Positions 17,387 to 27,613 are shown, counted from the first letter of the stretch. The stretch: DNA of 64,000 nt from Vicinamibacterales bacterium (GCA_035626435.1 DASPNQ010000007.1:18451-82450); one strand, 5' to 3'. Notes: generated by a model not told the origin, from the letters alone. Program-made: numbers and translations.

Positions 17387-18289
17387 CTACGAAGCCAGCA
17401 CCTTGCGGCTGCCAAGCGCCGCCATCACGGCTCGATCGAACCGTTCCAGTGTCGCAGCGCGGTGACTGCTGGTGTGCAGCTTCAGGCACTCGGCCTCGAG
17501 CCGGACCTGGTCGCGCGATCGCCAGCGCGCAGCACGACGGCGCAGGTGCCAACCGTAGAGCGTTCGCGATACGCGTTCGCCGACCTGGGCGGGGCCCAAT
17601 GACAGCAGCCGTTCGAACAACGGCCTGGCGCGCGCGCCGTCCGATCCGGGGGCCATCCTGAATTCGAAGTTTGGATAGAAGTCGTGTACGAAAGGGTTGG
17701 ACTTCACAAATGCATCGAACACGGCTTCGCCCTTCACGGGGCGCAGGTGCACGATCTGATTCGCAGAAAACAGATCCTCAGGTTCGACACGAGTGGCACG
17801 CTCGGACACCACGTAATTGAGGCAAATGCGTCGCCGCCACCCGAGCAGCTTGGCGATCACCAGAATCGACACGGTGACCAGCCACACGCGGCGTGGCGCG
17901 GTGATCACAAACAGATCGAGATCGGCGCTGCCTTCAGCGTTCAGATGCGCAAGGCTGCCCGATACCGCAACCATCCGGACGAACGGCATGTTCGACGCCA
18001 GCGAGAGCAGCCGCCGATCATCATCGAGCAGGCCTCGGCTGACGGCTTCCCGGCGCCGTCGTGTATCGAGGAGATCGGCTCGGCCCGCCGGGAAAAACAG
18101 CCCGTCGCGATATTCGACGGTCTCGCGAAGCAGCTCGCTGTTGCGCCACCACACCGGGATGGTTTCGGCGGTCGTGCGAACGCCAATCAGGCTTGCATGC
18201 AACTGCGACAGCGTCAGCGGATAGTCGAACAGCGACGCGTAGATGACCGATCGCAGTACGGCGAGCTCTTCGTGCGGACGCGGCATCAT
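17387..18289 (-). CDS. Nucleotidyltransferase-fold protein, unknown specificity
   Basis: GSLAHLNAEGSADLDLFV resembles the GS...DxD motif of pol-beta-type NTases. Start ATG 18289 overlaps the flippase stop as TGATG. Confidence 0.5.
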   Translation of the reverse strand: MMPRPHEELAVLRSVIYASLFDYPLTLSQLHASLIGVRTTAETIPVWWRNSELLRETVEYRDGLFFPAGRADLLDTRRRREAVSRGLLDDDRRLLSLASNMPFVRMVAVSGSLAHLNAEGSADLDLFVITAPRRVWLVTVSILVIAKLLGWRRRICLNYVVSERATRVEPEDLFSANQIVHLRPVKGEAVFDAFVKSNPFVHDFYPNFEFRMAPGSDGARARPLFERLLSLGPAQVGERVSRTLYGWHLRRRAARWRSRDQVRLEAECLKLHTSSHRAATLERFDRAVMAALGSRKVLAS

Positions 18290-19542
18290 CACAGCGGTTC
18301 GACTCGCGGGCTCACCGCGGGCCGCGACAGCACGCCGCTCCGCACGCTCAACGCATACAGGCACCCCGCAGTGACGACCACTTCCGTGAGAACCGTGCTG
18401 ATCGCCGCGCCGACGAGCCCCTGCGACGGCACGAGCGCGAGGTTTGCCGCGATGTTCGCGACGAGGGCCGCCGCCGCGATGACGAGGTACGCGTATTGAC
18501 CGTCCCAGCCGATCACCTGGTGAGTCAGCGCGTAGTTGAGAAAGAACAACGGCAACGCCAGGCAGAGGATCGCGAAGGCGGGTGACGCGTACGCGAACGC
18601 GTCGCCGTAGATCGCCGGCACCAGCCAGGACGCGCCTACCCCGCCCAGCAGCGCGAGCGCCACACCAACGCCAGTCAGCGCCGCGCCCACACGTTTGACC
18701 AGCATGGCGTCCGTCGATTGCACGAGTACCGGGAACAGCACCGCGAGCACCGCCGCCGGGAGCAACCGCAACGCTTCAACGAGGCGAAACACCGCGTGGT
18801 AACCGCCGACCGGCTGAACGCCATGCCAGTGCTCGATGAAATAGAGGTCGCAGCGGAAATACAACGCCGACAGCAGCACACCGGCGCCGAGCGGCAGCGC
18901 GTTGCGCACGAACGCCGCCGGCGTCAATCGATGCTGCGCAGCGCTGCGATCGACATCGCGCGCCGACATCTGGGTCGCAACGACCATCGCGACGACGGCC
19001 GCGACCAGCGCCGGAACCAGCAACGCGATCGCCAGGTAATCCAGCCGCCGCCAGAACCACAACACCACGAGCGCCCAGATCAGCGTTACGCCGCGTTGAA
19101 CGATGACGATCAACGACTCGAGCTCGCTGCGCTGGACGCCGCGGAAATAATGCGCGACCGTCTCCAGCACGCCACCGGCGAGCTGCGCCAGCGCAATGAC
19201 GATGAATTGCAGACGCCAGTGCGCAGGAACCAATGCCGGCGTCAGCAACGCGATCACGGTCGCGGCAAAAAACGCGAGGCCCGCGCGCAGCGCCACGACG
19301 TCGAGCAGCAGGCGGTAGCTGCGCGTGCGATCGCGCGCGACTTCCCGCGCCAGATGCATCGACAGACCGGCGTCGGTCGCCACGGCCAGCAGCCAGCCGG
19401 TGGCCATCGCGAACGCGAGGATGCCGAACGGATCGGCATTCAGTCGTCGTGCGGCGACGACGGTGATGACGAGCGTCACCGCCTTGCTGCCCGCGTCAGC
19501 CAATACCTTTACGGCGATTACGTCTCGCGAAAGCAGTTTCAC
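18289..19542 (-). CDS. MOP-superfamily polysaccharide/oligosaccharide flippase (Wzx-like)
   Basis: About 417 aa and roughly 12 TM helices from VKLLSRDVIAVKVLADAGSKA... The start was moved to in-frame GTG 19542. The 203-codon A/S/T-rich N-terminal extension in the track overlaps the divergent ligase gene. Confidence 0.75.
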   Translation of the reverse strand: MKLLSRDVIAVKVLADAGSKAVTLVITVVAARRLNADPFGILAFAMATGWLLAVATDAGLSMHLAREVARDRTRSYRLLLDVVALRAGLAFFAATVIALLTPALVPAHWRLQFIVIALAQLAGGVLETVAHYFRGVQRSELESLIVIVQRGVTLIWALVVLWFWRRLDYLAIALLVPALVAAVVAMVVATQMSARDVDRSAAQHRLTPAAFVRNALPLGAGVLLSALYFRCDLYFIEHWHGVQPVGGYHAVFRLVEALRLLPAAVLAVLFPVLVQSTDAMLVKRVGAALTGVGVALALLGGVGASWLVPAIYGDAFAYASPAFAILCLALPLFFLNYALTHQVIGWDGQYAYLVIAAAALVANIAANLALVPSQGLVGAAISTVLTEVVVTAGCLYALSVRSGVLSRPAVSPRVEPL

Positions 19543-19654
19543 GTTCGGAAAGCCATCAATCGCGGGCCCGCCGCGAATCGTGAGTTTACGACCAAGTAAC
19601 CGCGGGAAATGCAGCGAATGTGCCGGTTCACTTCTTGCACTTTGGCCGCCACTC

Positions 19655-21358
19655 TTGGCTGACACCGTCGTTCTTCCCGCGCCGCGCGTGTCGCTGTCAC
19701 GGCCGATCGCCGGCTCCCGCGTGCTCGCCGCGAGCGCGCTGCTGGCCATCGGCGCTGCTCCGTTCGAGCATGTCTTGTCCGGGTCGATCGCCGGGCTGAC
19801 GGTCACGACATCGGAACTCGCGATCGGCGGTGCGTTGTTCGCCGCCGCCATCGCGGCGCTGCGGAGACCCTCGGCCGTCGAGTGGCGCACGCCGATCACC
19901 GCGCCGCTGGCTGCGGTGCTGATTGTCGCCGCCGCGGCCGCCGCGTTGGCGCCCGAGTATCGCGTGGAATCAATTCGTGTCGTCGCACGACTGTGCGTCG
20001 CCGCGACGCTGTTCGTGTTCGTTGCCAACATCGCGCGCGACACCACAGTTGCGGCGATGCTGACGGCGGTGATGCTCACGGCGGCCGCGGCCGTCGCCGT
20101 CGTCGCCGTACTCGAGCTCACGCAACACCCGGCCGTACTCGACGCGCTCAAGGCATTTCGCCCGGGCTTCCACGTCGTCGGCGGCCAGATGCGGGCGACG
20201 TCGACATTCGTCTATCCGACGATTGCGTCGATGTTTCTCGAGATCGCGTTCGCGCTCGGATTGGTCTGGATCGGCAGGAGCCGTCTCGCGATCGTGGCGT
20301 TGTCCGTCGTCGCCGCTGGAATCGTCGCCACGTTTACGAGAGCGGGGCTGATCACGATGGCGATGAGCCTGCTGATCTATGGCGCGATCGTCTACTGGCG
20401 GCGCGGCTGGCTGAGCGAGCATGTTCGGCTGATTGCGCTGGCCGCGATCGTCGCCGGACTGGTATTGCTGTCGCGGTCGCCGCAACTGCTCGTCGCGCGT
20501 ATGAGCGCGGAGGGATCGCAGGAGTGGTACGGCGCCTCGTACCGGGTACCCCAGCGCTTGAGCCTTCGCGCTGACGCGTTCAGCGAGGTTCCCGTCGTGC
20601 TGACGAACCACGGGCGCCTGACCTGGCAATCGGCGTCCGCACCGCCGTTCGCACTGTCGTACCACTGGCTGACCGGCGACACCGAGGCGCTCGTGAGTTA
20701 CGACGGGTTGCGGACTCCGTTCGTGGAACCAGTGGCCCCTGGAAAGCAGGTTTCAATGCAGGCACGGGTCCGCGCGCCGAACTATCCGGGCCGCTACGTC
20801 CTGGTCTGGGACGTTGTGCAAGAGCATCGAACGTGGTTGAGCCTCGAAGGCGTGTTGCCCGGTCGCACGATTGTCGATGTTGCGGGGCCCGCGGCCGGTG
20901 GCCCGCCGGTCACGTATGGGCGGATGCCCGGCTCCAACATGCGGATGCCGAGACGCGTGTTGTGGCAGACCGCTGCACGCATTGCCGGCGACCATCCCGT
21001 TCTCGGCATTGGTCCGGACAATTTTCGTCGCGTCTATGGGCGTGTGCTTGGTCTCGAGACGTGGGACACGCGGGTCCATGCCAACAACACCTATCTCGAA
21101 GTGCTGGTCGGGATGGGCAGCCTCGGTGCCCTGGCGATGGCGTGGCTGATCGTCGTCGCGGTGCGCGCAGTGCCGCGCATCCTGGCGTCTGCACGCGATG
21201 ATCGTCTGGCCATTGCCGCTGCGGCGACGGCGGCGTGCGTGGCGATCGCGGCGCACGGCATGGTGGACTCGTTTGTCACTTTTACGCCGGCCTACGCCGC
21301 CTTTGCGGTGGCGGCCGGATTGCTGTTCGCACGTTCACGGAGCACCGCATGCGCATAG
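19655..21358 (+). CDS. O-antigen-ligase-like (Wzy_C) membrane protein with a large inserted soluble domain
   Basis: Polytopic protein with ...ATSTFVYPTIASMFLE...FTRAGLITMA... and C-terminal ...HANNTYLEVLVGMGSLG... A soluble insert of roughly 190 aa lies between them (WYGASYRVP...VLVWDVVQEHRTWLS...). The start is uncertain (in-frame TTG 19655, GTG 19688 or GTG 19721). Confidence 0.7.
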   Translation: MADTVVLPAPRVSLSRPIAGSRVLAASALLAIGAAPFEHVLSGSIAGLTVTTSELAIGGALFAAAIAALRRPSAVEWRTPITAPLAAVLIVAAAAAALAPEYRVESIRVVARLCVAATLFVFVANIARDTTVAAMLTAVMLTAAAAVAVVAVLELTQHPAVLDALKAFRPGFHVVGGQMRATSTFVYPTIASMFLEIAFALGLVWIGRSRLAIVALSVVAAGIVATFTRAGLITMAMSLLIYGAIVYWRRGWLSEHVRLIALAAIVAGLVLLSRSPQLLVARMSAEGSQEWYGASYRVPQRLSLRADAFSEVPVVLTNHGRLTWQSASAPPFALSYHWLTGDTEALVSYDGLRTPFVEPVAPGKQVSMQARVRAPNYPGRYVLVWDVVQEHRTWLSLEGVLPGRTIVDVAGPAAGGPPVTYGRMPGSNMRMPRRVLWQTAARIAGDHPVLGIGPDNFRRVYGRVLGLETWDTRVHANNTYLEVLVGMGSLGALAMAWLIVVAVRAVPRILASARDDRLAIAAAATAACVAIAAHGMVDSFVTFTPAYAAFAVAAGLLFARSRSTACA

Positions 21359-22551
21359 CGTTCGACGGCACGACGCTGACGCGCGGGCGCACCGGCGTCG
21401 GCTACTACACCGAACACCTGCTGCAGCACCTCGCCCAGGAGGTCGCGCAGACGGGCGACGAGCTGATCGTTGTCTCGAACAAGGCGATCGACACGCAATG
21501 CCCGTTACCAAGGCATGTGCGTGTGCACGAGGGGCATCGCTTTCCGGTTCGCATCGGCTGGATGCAGCTGTGCGCATCGACGGCGCTCGAATCGCTGCGG
21601 CCCGATGTCGCGCACTTCACGAACGGCATGATCCCGATGGGGTCGCCGTCGCCGACGGTGGTGACGGTGCACGACATGAGCCTGCGCTTGTATCCGCGCT
21701 GTCATCCGGTCAGGCGGCTGCTGTTGAACCGCCCACTGATGCGTCTGGCGATTCGCGACGCGTCGGCGATCGTCACGGTGTCGCACAGCGCACGGCGCGA
21801 TCTGCTGCGCCTGCATGGCGTGGCCGCCGATCGCGTGTCTGTCGTGCATGAAGCGGCCAGCCCTGCGTTCAGGCCGATCGGCGATCGGCCGAAGCTCGCG
21901 GACATCCGCGCGCGTTACAGCCTGCCCGACCGATTCATCCTGTACGTCGGCACGATCGAGCCGCGGAAGAACCTGCTGCGATTGATGGCGGCCTTCGCTC
22001 AAGCGCGGCGGTCCGGCGTACCGCAACAACTGATTTGCGTCGGACCGTACGGTTGGTCGTCTCGCGATCTGTCCGGATGCATCGAGCGCCTTGGACTTCG
22101 CGATTCGGTGCGGTTTACCGGCTACGTGCCGTTCGAGGACCTGCCGGCGATCTACAACCTTGGCGACTTCTTCGTGTTCCCCTCGCTCTACGAGGGTTTT
22201 GGTTTGCCGGTCGTCGAAGCGATGGCCTCCGGCCTGCCCGTGCTGACGTCGAACACGTCCTCGCTCGGTGAGATCGCCGGCGATGCCGCGGAGACCGTCG
22301 ACCCGACCAGCGTCGACGCGATCGCCGACGCGATCATCCGCCTTGCCGGGAGCGCGGAGCTGCGCCGCGAGCGCGCCGAACGCGGGTTGCAGCGTGCGCG
22401 ATCGTTCTCGTGGGCGCAGACCGCCAGGCAGATGCTGGCCGTCTACCACCGCGCGGCAGGAGTCACGGTCGCCGATGCCGCGGCGGTCAGCGCCGACGCG
22501 CGGGATCATTCCGTCGCGGTCAAATCGATGTCGCGGAGCGAAATGTCGTGA
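21349..22551 (+). CDS. Glycosyltransferase family 4 (GT-B)
   Basis: Contains MRIAFDGTTLTRGRTGVGYYTEHL... and ...FVFPSLYEGFGLPVVEAMASGLPVLTSN (EX7E region). Start ATG 21349 overlaps the ligase gene by 10 nt. Confidence 0.85.
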   Translation: MRIAFDGTTLTRGRTGVGYYTEHLLQHLAQEVAQTGDELIVVSNKAIDTQCPLPRHVRVHEGHRFPVRIGWMQLCASTALESLRPDVAHFTNGMIPMGSPSPTVVTVHDMSLRLYPRCHPVRRLLLNRPLMRLAIRDASAIVTVSHSARRDLLRLHGVAADRVSVVHEAASPAFRPIGDRPKLADIRARYSLPDRFILYVGTIEPRKNLLRLMAAFAQARRSGVPQQLICVGPYGWSSRDLSGCIERLGLRDSVRFTGYVPFEDLPAIYNLGDFFVFPSLYEGFGLPVVEAMASGLPVLTSNTSSLGEIAGDAAETVDPTSVDAIADAIIRLAGSAELRRERAERGLQRARSFSWAQTARQMLAVYHRAAGVTVADAAAVSADARDHSVAVKSMSRSEMS

Positions 22552-23366
22552 GGACGGCCCACCTGGCATTCGATCGCCTGGCGCCCACCTACGACCAGCT
22601 CGCCTCCGGCGATGCGTTCCAGCTGCAGCGTCAACAGACGCACGCCGCGTTTGGCCGGTGGATCCGTCCTGGCTCTCGCGTACTCGAGATCGGCTGCGGC
22701 ACCGGGCGCGATACCGAGTATCTCGCCAGGCTTGGCGCGCGCGTGGTCGCCTGCGATCCATCCGAGGCGATGCTGACGCTCACGGCGCGTCGCGTCGCCA
22801 ACGCCGGATATGCCGATCGCGTCACGATCTTTGCGTGCGACCTTCACGATCTGCCGAGGTTCCTCGACGCGCTCGATCACGACGAAGGCTTTGACGCCGT
22901 CGTGTCGAACTTCGGCCCGCTGAACTGCGCGCCGTCGCTCGAGCCGCTTGCGCAAATCGGCGGCCGTCATCTGCGTAGCGGCGGCGCGATGGCGATCGGG
23001 CTGATCGGCCGCTTCTGCCTCTGGGAAATGCTGTATTTCACACTGCGCGGCGATCGCCGCCGCGCGTCCCGGCGCCGGGTTGCGACCGCGGCGCTGCCGG
23101 TCGCCGGCCTCGAGGTCGACACCTACTACTATCGCACCAGGGATATCGCCGCCGCGCTGGGAACCGGGTTCGTCCATGACGCCACGATCGGGATTGGCGT
23201 GATGGTGCCGCCGCCCTATCTCGAATCACGATGGCAACAAGTGCCGGCGGGTCTGCGCCGGGCCGCGGCCGCCATCGATCGCATTGCCGCAGGCTGGCCG
23301 GTGGTCAACAGGCTCGGCGACCACACGCTGACGCGCTGGGTGAAACGACGGAACGCCAATGCCTGA
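22548..23366 (+). CDS. Class I SAM-dependent methyltransferase
   Basis: Motif I VLEIGCGTGRDTEYLARLGARVVACDPS. Start GTG 22548 overlaps the GT4 stop as GTGA. Confidence 0.8.
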   Translation: MRTAHLAFDRLAPTYDQLASGDAFQLQRQQTHAAFGRWIRPGSRVLEIGCGTGRDTEYLARLGARVVACDPSEAMLTLTARRVANAGYADRVTIFACDLHDLPRFLDALDHDEGFDAVVSNFGPLNCAPSLEPLAQIGGRHLRSGGAMAIGLIGRFCLWEMLYFTLRGDRRRASRRRVATAALPVAGLEVDTYYYRTRDIAAALGTGFVHDATIGIGVMVPPPYLESRWQQVPAGLRRAAAAIDRIAAGWPVVNRLGDHTLTRWVKRRNANA

Positions 23367-24825
23367 CGTGCTGCTCGGCCAGGCGTATTACCTGCGTTTC
23401 GATCCGAAACTGCATCAGGCGCAACAGCCGTATGCGCCGCTCGGCACCTTGTACGCCGCCACGTTCCTCCGGCAGCGCGGACACCGTGTCGCGCTGTTCG
23501 ATGCGATGCTCGCACGGTCCGTCGCCGACTGGACCACCGCGCTGCAACACCATCAGCCGCGCCTCGCCGCCATTTACGAGGACAGCTTCAATTACCTGAG
23601 CAAGATGTGTCTGCTGCGGATGCGGGAGGCTGCGTTCGAGATGATCGATCGCGCTCGCGCGGTTCGCGTCCCGGTCGTGGTGTCGGGCTCGGATGCCACC
23701 GACCATCCCGAGCTCTACCTGCGACGCGGCGCCGCGGCCGTGATTCTCGGCGAAGGCGAGCTCACGCTCGCCGAGCTCGCCGAACGTTTACTCGCCGGCA
23801 GCACCATCGACGCGGTGCCAGGCATCGCTTATCTCGACGATACGTGTGCGCTGCACAGGACCGCGCCGCGGCCTTTCATCAAGTCCCTCGACGAACTGCC
23901 ATTCCCGGCGTGGGACCTCGTCGACACCAACCGCTATCGCGAGATCTGGCACGCGCGTCACGGCTATTACTCGATGAACATTGCGACGACGCGCGGCTGT
24001 CCTTATCACTGCAACTGGTGTGCGAAGCCGATTTACGGCCAGCGCTATGCCACGCGTGCAGCCAAGGCCGTCGTCGAGGAGATCGCGTGGCTGAAGCATC
24101 ACTTCGCGCCGGATCACTTGTGGATCGTCGACGACGTCTTTGGTTTGAAACCAGGGTGGGTCGAGGAATTCGCGGCGCTGGTCAACGAACAAGGCGCGCA
24201 GATACCGTTTCGATGTTTGATGCGCGCCGACCAGGTCACGCCGGCGGTGGCGCGCGCACTGGCGTCCGCCGGTTGCCGCATGCTGTGGATGGGCGCCGAA
24301 TCCGGCTCGCAAAAGGTGCTCGATGCGATGGAGAAGGGGCTGCGCGTCGACGACATCCGCGCCGCGAATCGAGCATTGCAGGCACACGGCATCAACGTCG
24401 GCGTGTTCCTGCAATTTGGCTACCCGGGGGAAACCTGGGAGGACATCGAAGCCACGCTGCAACTGGCGCGTGAGCTGAAGCCGGCCGACATCGGTGTGTC
24501 GGTGTCGTACCCGCTGCCGGGCACCGGATTCTACGAGCGGGTCCGCCAGGAACTCGGCGTCAAGCAGAACTGGATCGATTCCAGCGATCTGTCGACGATG
24601 TACAAGGCAACCTACGCGCCGGCGGTCTACCGTCGTGTGCATGGACTCGTGCACCACGAGTTTCGTGCCCGCAAGTCCGCGGATGCGCTGAGCGCGATGT
24701 TGCGGGCGCCGTGGCAGCTCCGGCCGGTGCACGCCCGTCGCGCGGCATCATGGTTCTACAACCGGGCAGCGCTGGCCCTGATGCGACGGCACGTGTCGCA
24801 ACTCCGGATCGAATCATCATGCTGA
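23359..24825 (+). CDS. B12-binding-domain radical SAM enzyme (class B), type A paralogue 1
   Basis: N-terminal Rossmann-like domain (PLGTLYAATFLRQRGHRVALFD). CX3CX2C motif in TTRGCPYHCNWCAKP. Also GAESGSQKVLDAM. Overlaps the upstream gene by 8 nt. Confidence 0.85.
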   Translation: MPDVLLGQAYYLRFDPKLHQAQQPYAPLGTLYAATFLRQRGHRVALFDAMLARSVADWTTALQHHQPRLAAIYEDSFNYLSKMCLLRMREAAFEMIDRARAVRVPVVVSGSDATDHPELYLRRGAAAVILGEGELTLAELAERLLAGSTIDAVPGIAYLDDTCALHRTAPRPFIKSLDELPFPAWDLVDTNRYREIWHARHGYYSMNIATTRGCPYHCNWCAKPIYGQRYATRAAKAVVEEIAWLKHHFAPDHLWIVDDVFGLKPGWVEEFAALVNEQGAQIPFRCLMRADQVTPAVARALASAGCRMLWMGAESGSQKVLDAMEKGLRVDDIRAANRALQAHGINVGVFLQFGYPGETWEDIEATLQLARELKPADIGVSVSYPLPGTGFYERVRQELGVKQNWIDSSDLSTMYKATYAPAVYRRVHGLVHHEFRARKSADALSAMLRAPWQLRPVHARRAASWFYNRAALALMRRHVSQLRIESSC

Positions 24826-26219
24826 CGCCTCGCGCACGGCCCTCGTTGCCGACGGCCCGCCCGCGCGTCGTGCTCTACAACCCGCGAGCGGTGTTTTTCA
24901 CGATGCCGCTGGCTTTGGTGGCGCTCGCGTCGGCATTGAATCGCCGCGAGATTGACGTCGTCATCATCGACGGCCGGCTCGAAGCCGATCCAGTCCGAGC
25001 GGTGGTCGAGGCCTCGCGCGGCGCATTGTGCGTCGGCATCACCGTCCTGACCGGCGCGCCGATCCACGATGCGCTCGCTGTCTCACGCGCGGTGAAGGCG
25101 GCACAGCCGTCGTGCCCGGTGATCTGGGGAGGCTGGCACCCGTCGCTGTTCGCCGGCGAGTGTCTCGAAGAGCCGTCGGTGGATGTTGTCGTCAAGGGCC
25201 AGGGTGAAGCCGCGTTCCGCGGCATCGTCGAGCAATTGATCAACGGCGAATCGCCGGCATCGGTGGTCTCGATGCCGTTGCGCGATCTCAACGAATTCCC
25301 CGCGCATGACTACTCGCTGATCGCGGTCGACCGTTACTTTGCCCTGAAAGGCACGCGCCAGGTCGACTTCATCTCGTCGCAGGGATGCCGCTTCCGGTGC
25401 GCGTTCTGCGCGGATCCCGCCGTCTACGAACGCGGCTGGACGGGATTGCGCCCCGAGCGCGTTGTAGACGAAATCAGTGCTCTGCATCACACCTACCGCA
25501 TGCAGGACGTCGCCTTCCAGGACGAGACCTTCTTTACGCATGCCGCCAGGGTCGACGCGCTCGCCGAGCGGCTGATACAGAAGCGCATCCCGATCACCTG
25601 GACGGCGACGTTGCGGGCGGATCAAGCGTGCCGGCTCGGCGAGGAGCTGTTCGCGAAAGTTGTACGATCGGGCCTCCGCCGTGTGATGGTCGGCGTCGAA
25701 TCAGGCTCCCAGGCGACGCTCGATCGCCTTCACAAGGACATGAAGCTCGAGCAGGTGACCAAGACCGCAGAGTTGTGCGCACGCCACGGAGTCGGCGCAA
25801 TCTTCAACTTCATCGTCGGCTTTCCCGGCGAGTCAGAGCACAGCATGAAGGCGACGATGGCGCTGGCAAAGGATCTGCGTCGTTGGAACGCGGACTTCGA
25901 GACCCCGATCTTTTATTACCGGCCCTACCCGGGGAACCCGATGGCGGAGGTATCCGCCGCTAATGGCTATCAGTTTCCGCGCGGCCTGGAACAATGGGCG
26001 GACTTCGACTACGTCGGCGGCCGCGGTCCCTGGTTGACCGCCGAGCAATGGCGCACAGTCGAGCGATTCAAGTTCTATTCGCGCCATGCGTGGAAGCCGG
26101 GGGCGTGGCGGTGGCCGCTGCGCGTGACGTCGCGGTGGCGTTGCCGGCATGACCGATACGAGCTGCCGGTCGAGAAGCTGATCGCCGACTTCGTACGTCC
26201 GCCGCAGCAGGTGTCGTGA
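24819..26219 (+). CDS. B12-binding-domain radical SAM enzyme, type B paralogue 1
   Basis: Contains VVLYNPRAVFFTMPLALVALASAL..., VIWGGWHPS, SSQGCRFRCAFCADP and GVESGSQATLDRL. Start ATG 24819 overlaps the upstream gene by 7 nt. Confidence 0.8.
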   Translation: MLTPRARPSLPTARPRVVLYNPRAVFFTMPLALVALASALNRREIDVVIIDGRLEADPVRAVVEASRGALCVGITVLTGAPIHDALAVSRAVKAAQPSCPVIWGGWHPSLFAGECLEEPSVDVVVKGQGEAAFRGIVEQLINGESPASVVSMPLRDLNEFPAHDYSLIAVDRYFALKGTRQVDFISSQGCRFRCAFCADPAVYERGWTGLRPERVVDEISALHHTYRMQDVAFQDETFFTHAARVDALAERLIQKRIPITWTATLRADQACRLGEELFAKVVRSGLRRVMVGVESGSQATLDRLHKDMKLEQVTKTAELCARHGVGAIFNFIVGFPGESEHSMKATMALAKDLRRWNADFETPIFYYRPYPGNPMAEVSAANGYQFPRGLEQWADFDYVGGRGPWLTAEQWRTVERFKFYSRHAWKPGAWRWPLRVTSRWRCRHDRYELPVEKLIADFVRPPQQVS

Positions 26220-27613
26220 TGGACGTGCTGCTCGCGCACGGCTACTTCCTGTCGCTCGATGCGGCCGAACAGCGCATCATGCGGCCACATCCGCCGCTCG
26301 GACTCCTGTATCTGTCGTCGCATCTGAAGTCGAAGCACATCCGCGTCGGCATCTTCGACGGAACCTTCCGCACGATCGCAGACTTCGCGGCCACGCTGGA
26401 CCATGAGCGGCCGCCCGTCGTTGGGATTGCCGTCAACCTGATGACGAAGCGTGCCGCGCTGAAGATGATCGCGCTGGCAAAGCAGAGCGGCGCGCGCGTC
26501 GTGATCGGCGGGCCCGATCCCCCGCATCACGCCGAAGCGTATCTTTCCGCGGGGGCGGACGTCGTCGTGATCGGCGAAGGCGAGCGAACGCTCGAAGCGC
26601 TGATCCCGATGCTTCGAGCAGAAACACCGGATCTGTCTTCGGTCGACGGCATTGCGTTCACGGCGGAGGACGGCTCGGTCGTGCGAACGCGGCCGCGGGC
26701 GTTGATTGCGGATCTGGACGCCCAGCCGCATCCGGATCGAGACGCCATCGACATGACGGCGTATTTGAATGCATGGCGCGGCCGTCACGGCGTTGGAACG
26801 GTGTCCCTGATCACCGCGCGCGGCTGTCCGTACACCTGCACCTGGTGCAGCCGTTCGGTGTTCGGCGCGACGCACCGGCGGCGATCGGTCGGCAATGTCG
26901 CCGACGAAGTCGAGAGCATCGTCGATCGATATCAACCGGAGCGGCTCTGGTACGCGGACGACGTGTTTGGCATCCACCGGACGTGGACGATCGACTATGC
27001 GCGGGAACTCGAGAGGCGTCGCATCAGACGGCCGTTCGAATGCATTTCGCGCGCGGAGCGAATCGACGACGACGTTGCGGCGGCGCTGGCGAGCCTCGGA
27101 TGTTTTCGCGTCTGGATCGGTTCCGAGAGCGGCTCGCAGCGCGTTCTCGACGCCATGCAGCGGCGGGTGTCAGTGGAGCAAGTGCACGAAAGCGCGATGC
27201 GGCTGCGCCGCCACGGCATCGAAGTCGGCATGTTCATCATGCTTGGCTATGACGGCGAACAGCTCGAAGATCTGCGGGCGACCGTCGATCATCTCAAGCG
27301 CACGGCTCCGGATGTGTTTCTGACAACGGTGTCGTATCCCATCAAGGGGACGCCGTACTACGACCAGGTGGCGGCCAGGCTCGCCCCGCAGGAGTGGCGC
27401 GAAGGCAGCGATCGTGATCTTGTCGTGCGCGGCCGACCTGTGAAGACGTATTACGATTTTGCGCGCCGATGGATGACCGCCGAGGTCGCGCGCCATGAAC
27501 ATTGGCGGCGGCGGCGATATGGAAGCGCTGTTCGCGCCGCATTCTCGGCGATCGTCGGGCGCATCGGAATGACCCTCACCGCCGGCAGCCACGAATCGGT
27601 GAGGCCGTCATGA
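26216..27613 (+). CDS. B12-binding-domain radical SAM enzyme, type A paralogue 2
   Basis: Contains PLGLLYLSSHLKSKHIRVGIFD, TARGCPYTCTWCSRS and GSESGSQRVLDAM. Colinear with the 23359 gene. The GTGATG start overlaps the upstream stop. Confidence 0.85.
   Translation: MMDVLLAHGYFLSLDAAEQRIMRPHPPLGLLYLSSHLKSKHIRVGIFDGTFRTIADFAATLDHERPPVVGIAVNLMTKRAALKMIALAKQSGARVVIGGPDPPHHAEAYLSAGADVVVIGEGERTLEALIPMLRAETPDLSSVDGIAFTAEDGSVVRTRPRALIADLDAQPHPDRDAIDMTAYLNAWRGRHGVGTVSLITARGCPYTCTWCSRSVFGATHRRRSVGNVADEVESIVDRYQPERLWYADDVFGIHRTWTIDYARELERRRIRRPFECISRAERIDDDVAAALASLGCFRVWIGSESGSQRVLDAMQRRVSVEQVHESAMRLRRHGIEVGMFIMLGYDGEQLEDLRATVDHLKRTAPDVFLTTVSYPIKGTPYYDQVAARLAPQEWREGSDRDLVVRGRPVKTYYDFARRWMTAEVARHEHWRRRRYGSAVRAAFSAIVGRIGMTLTAGSHESVRPS

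Noticed and set aside
19543-20151. 203-codon N-terminal extension of the flippase ORF (track ORF 18289..20151)
   Set aside because: The extension is low-complexity A/S/T-rich and has no TM pattern. It lies antisense to the O-antigen-ligase-like gene. The in-frame GTG at 19542 begins a normal flippase N-terminus.
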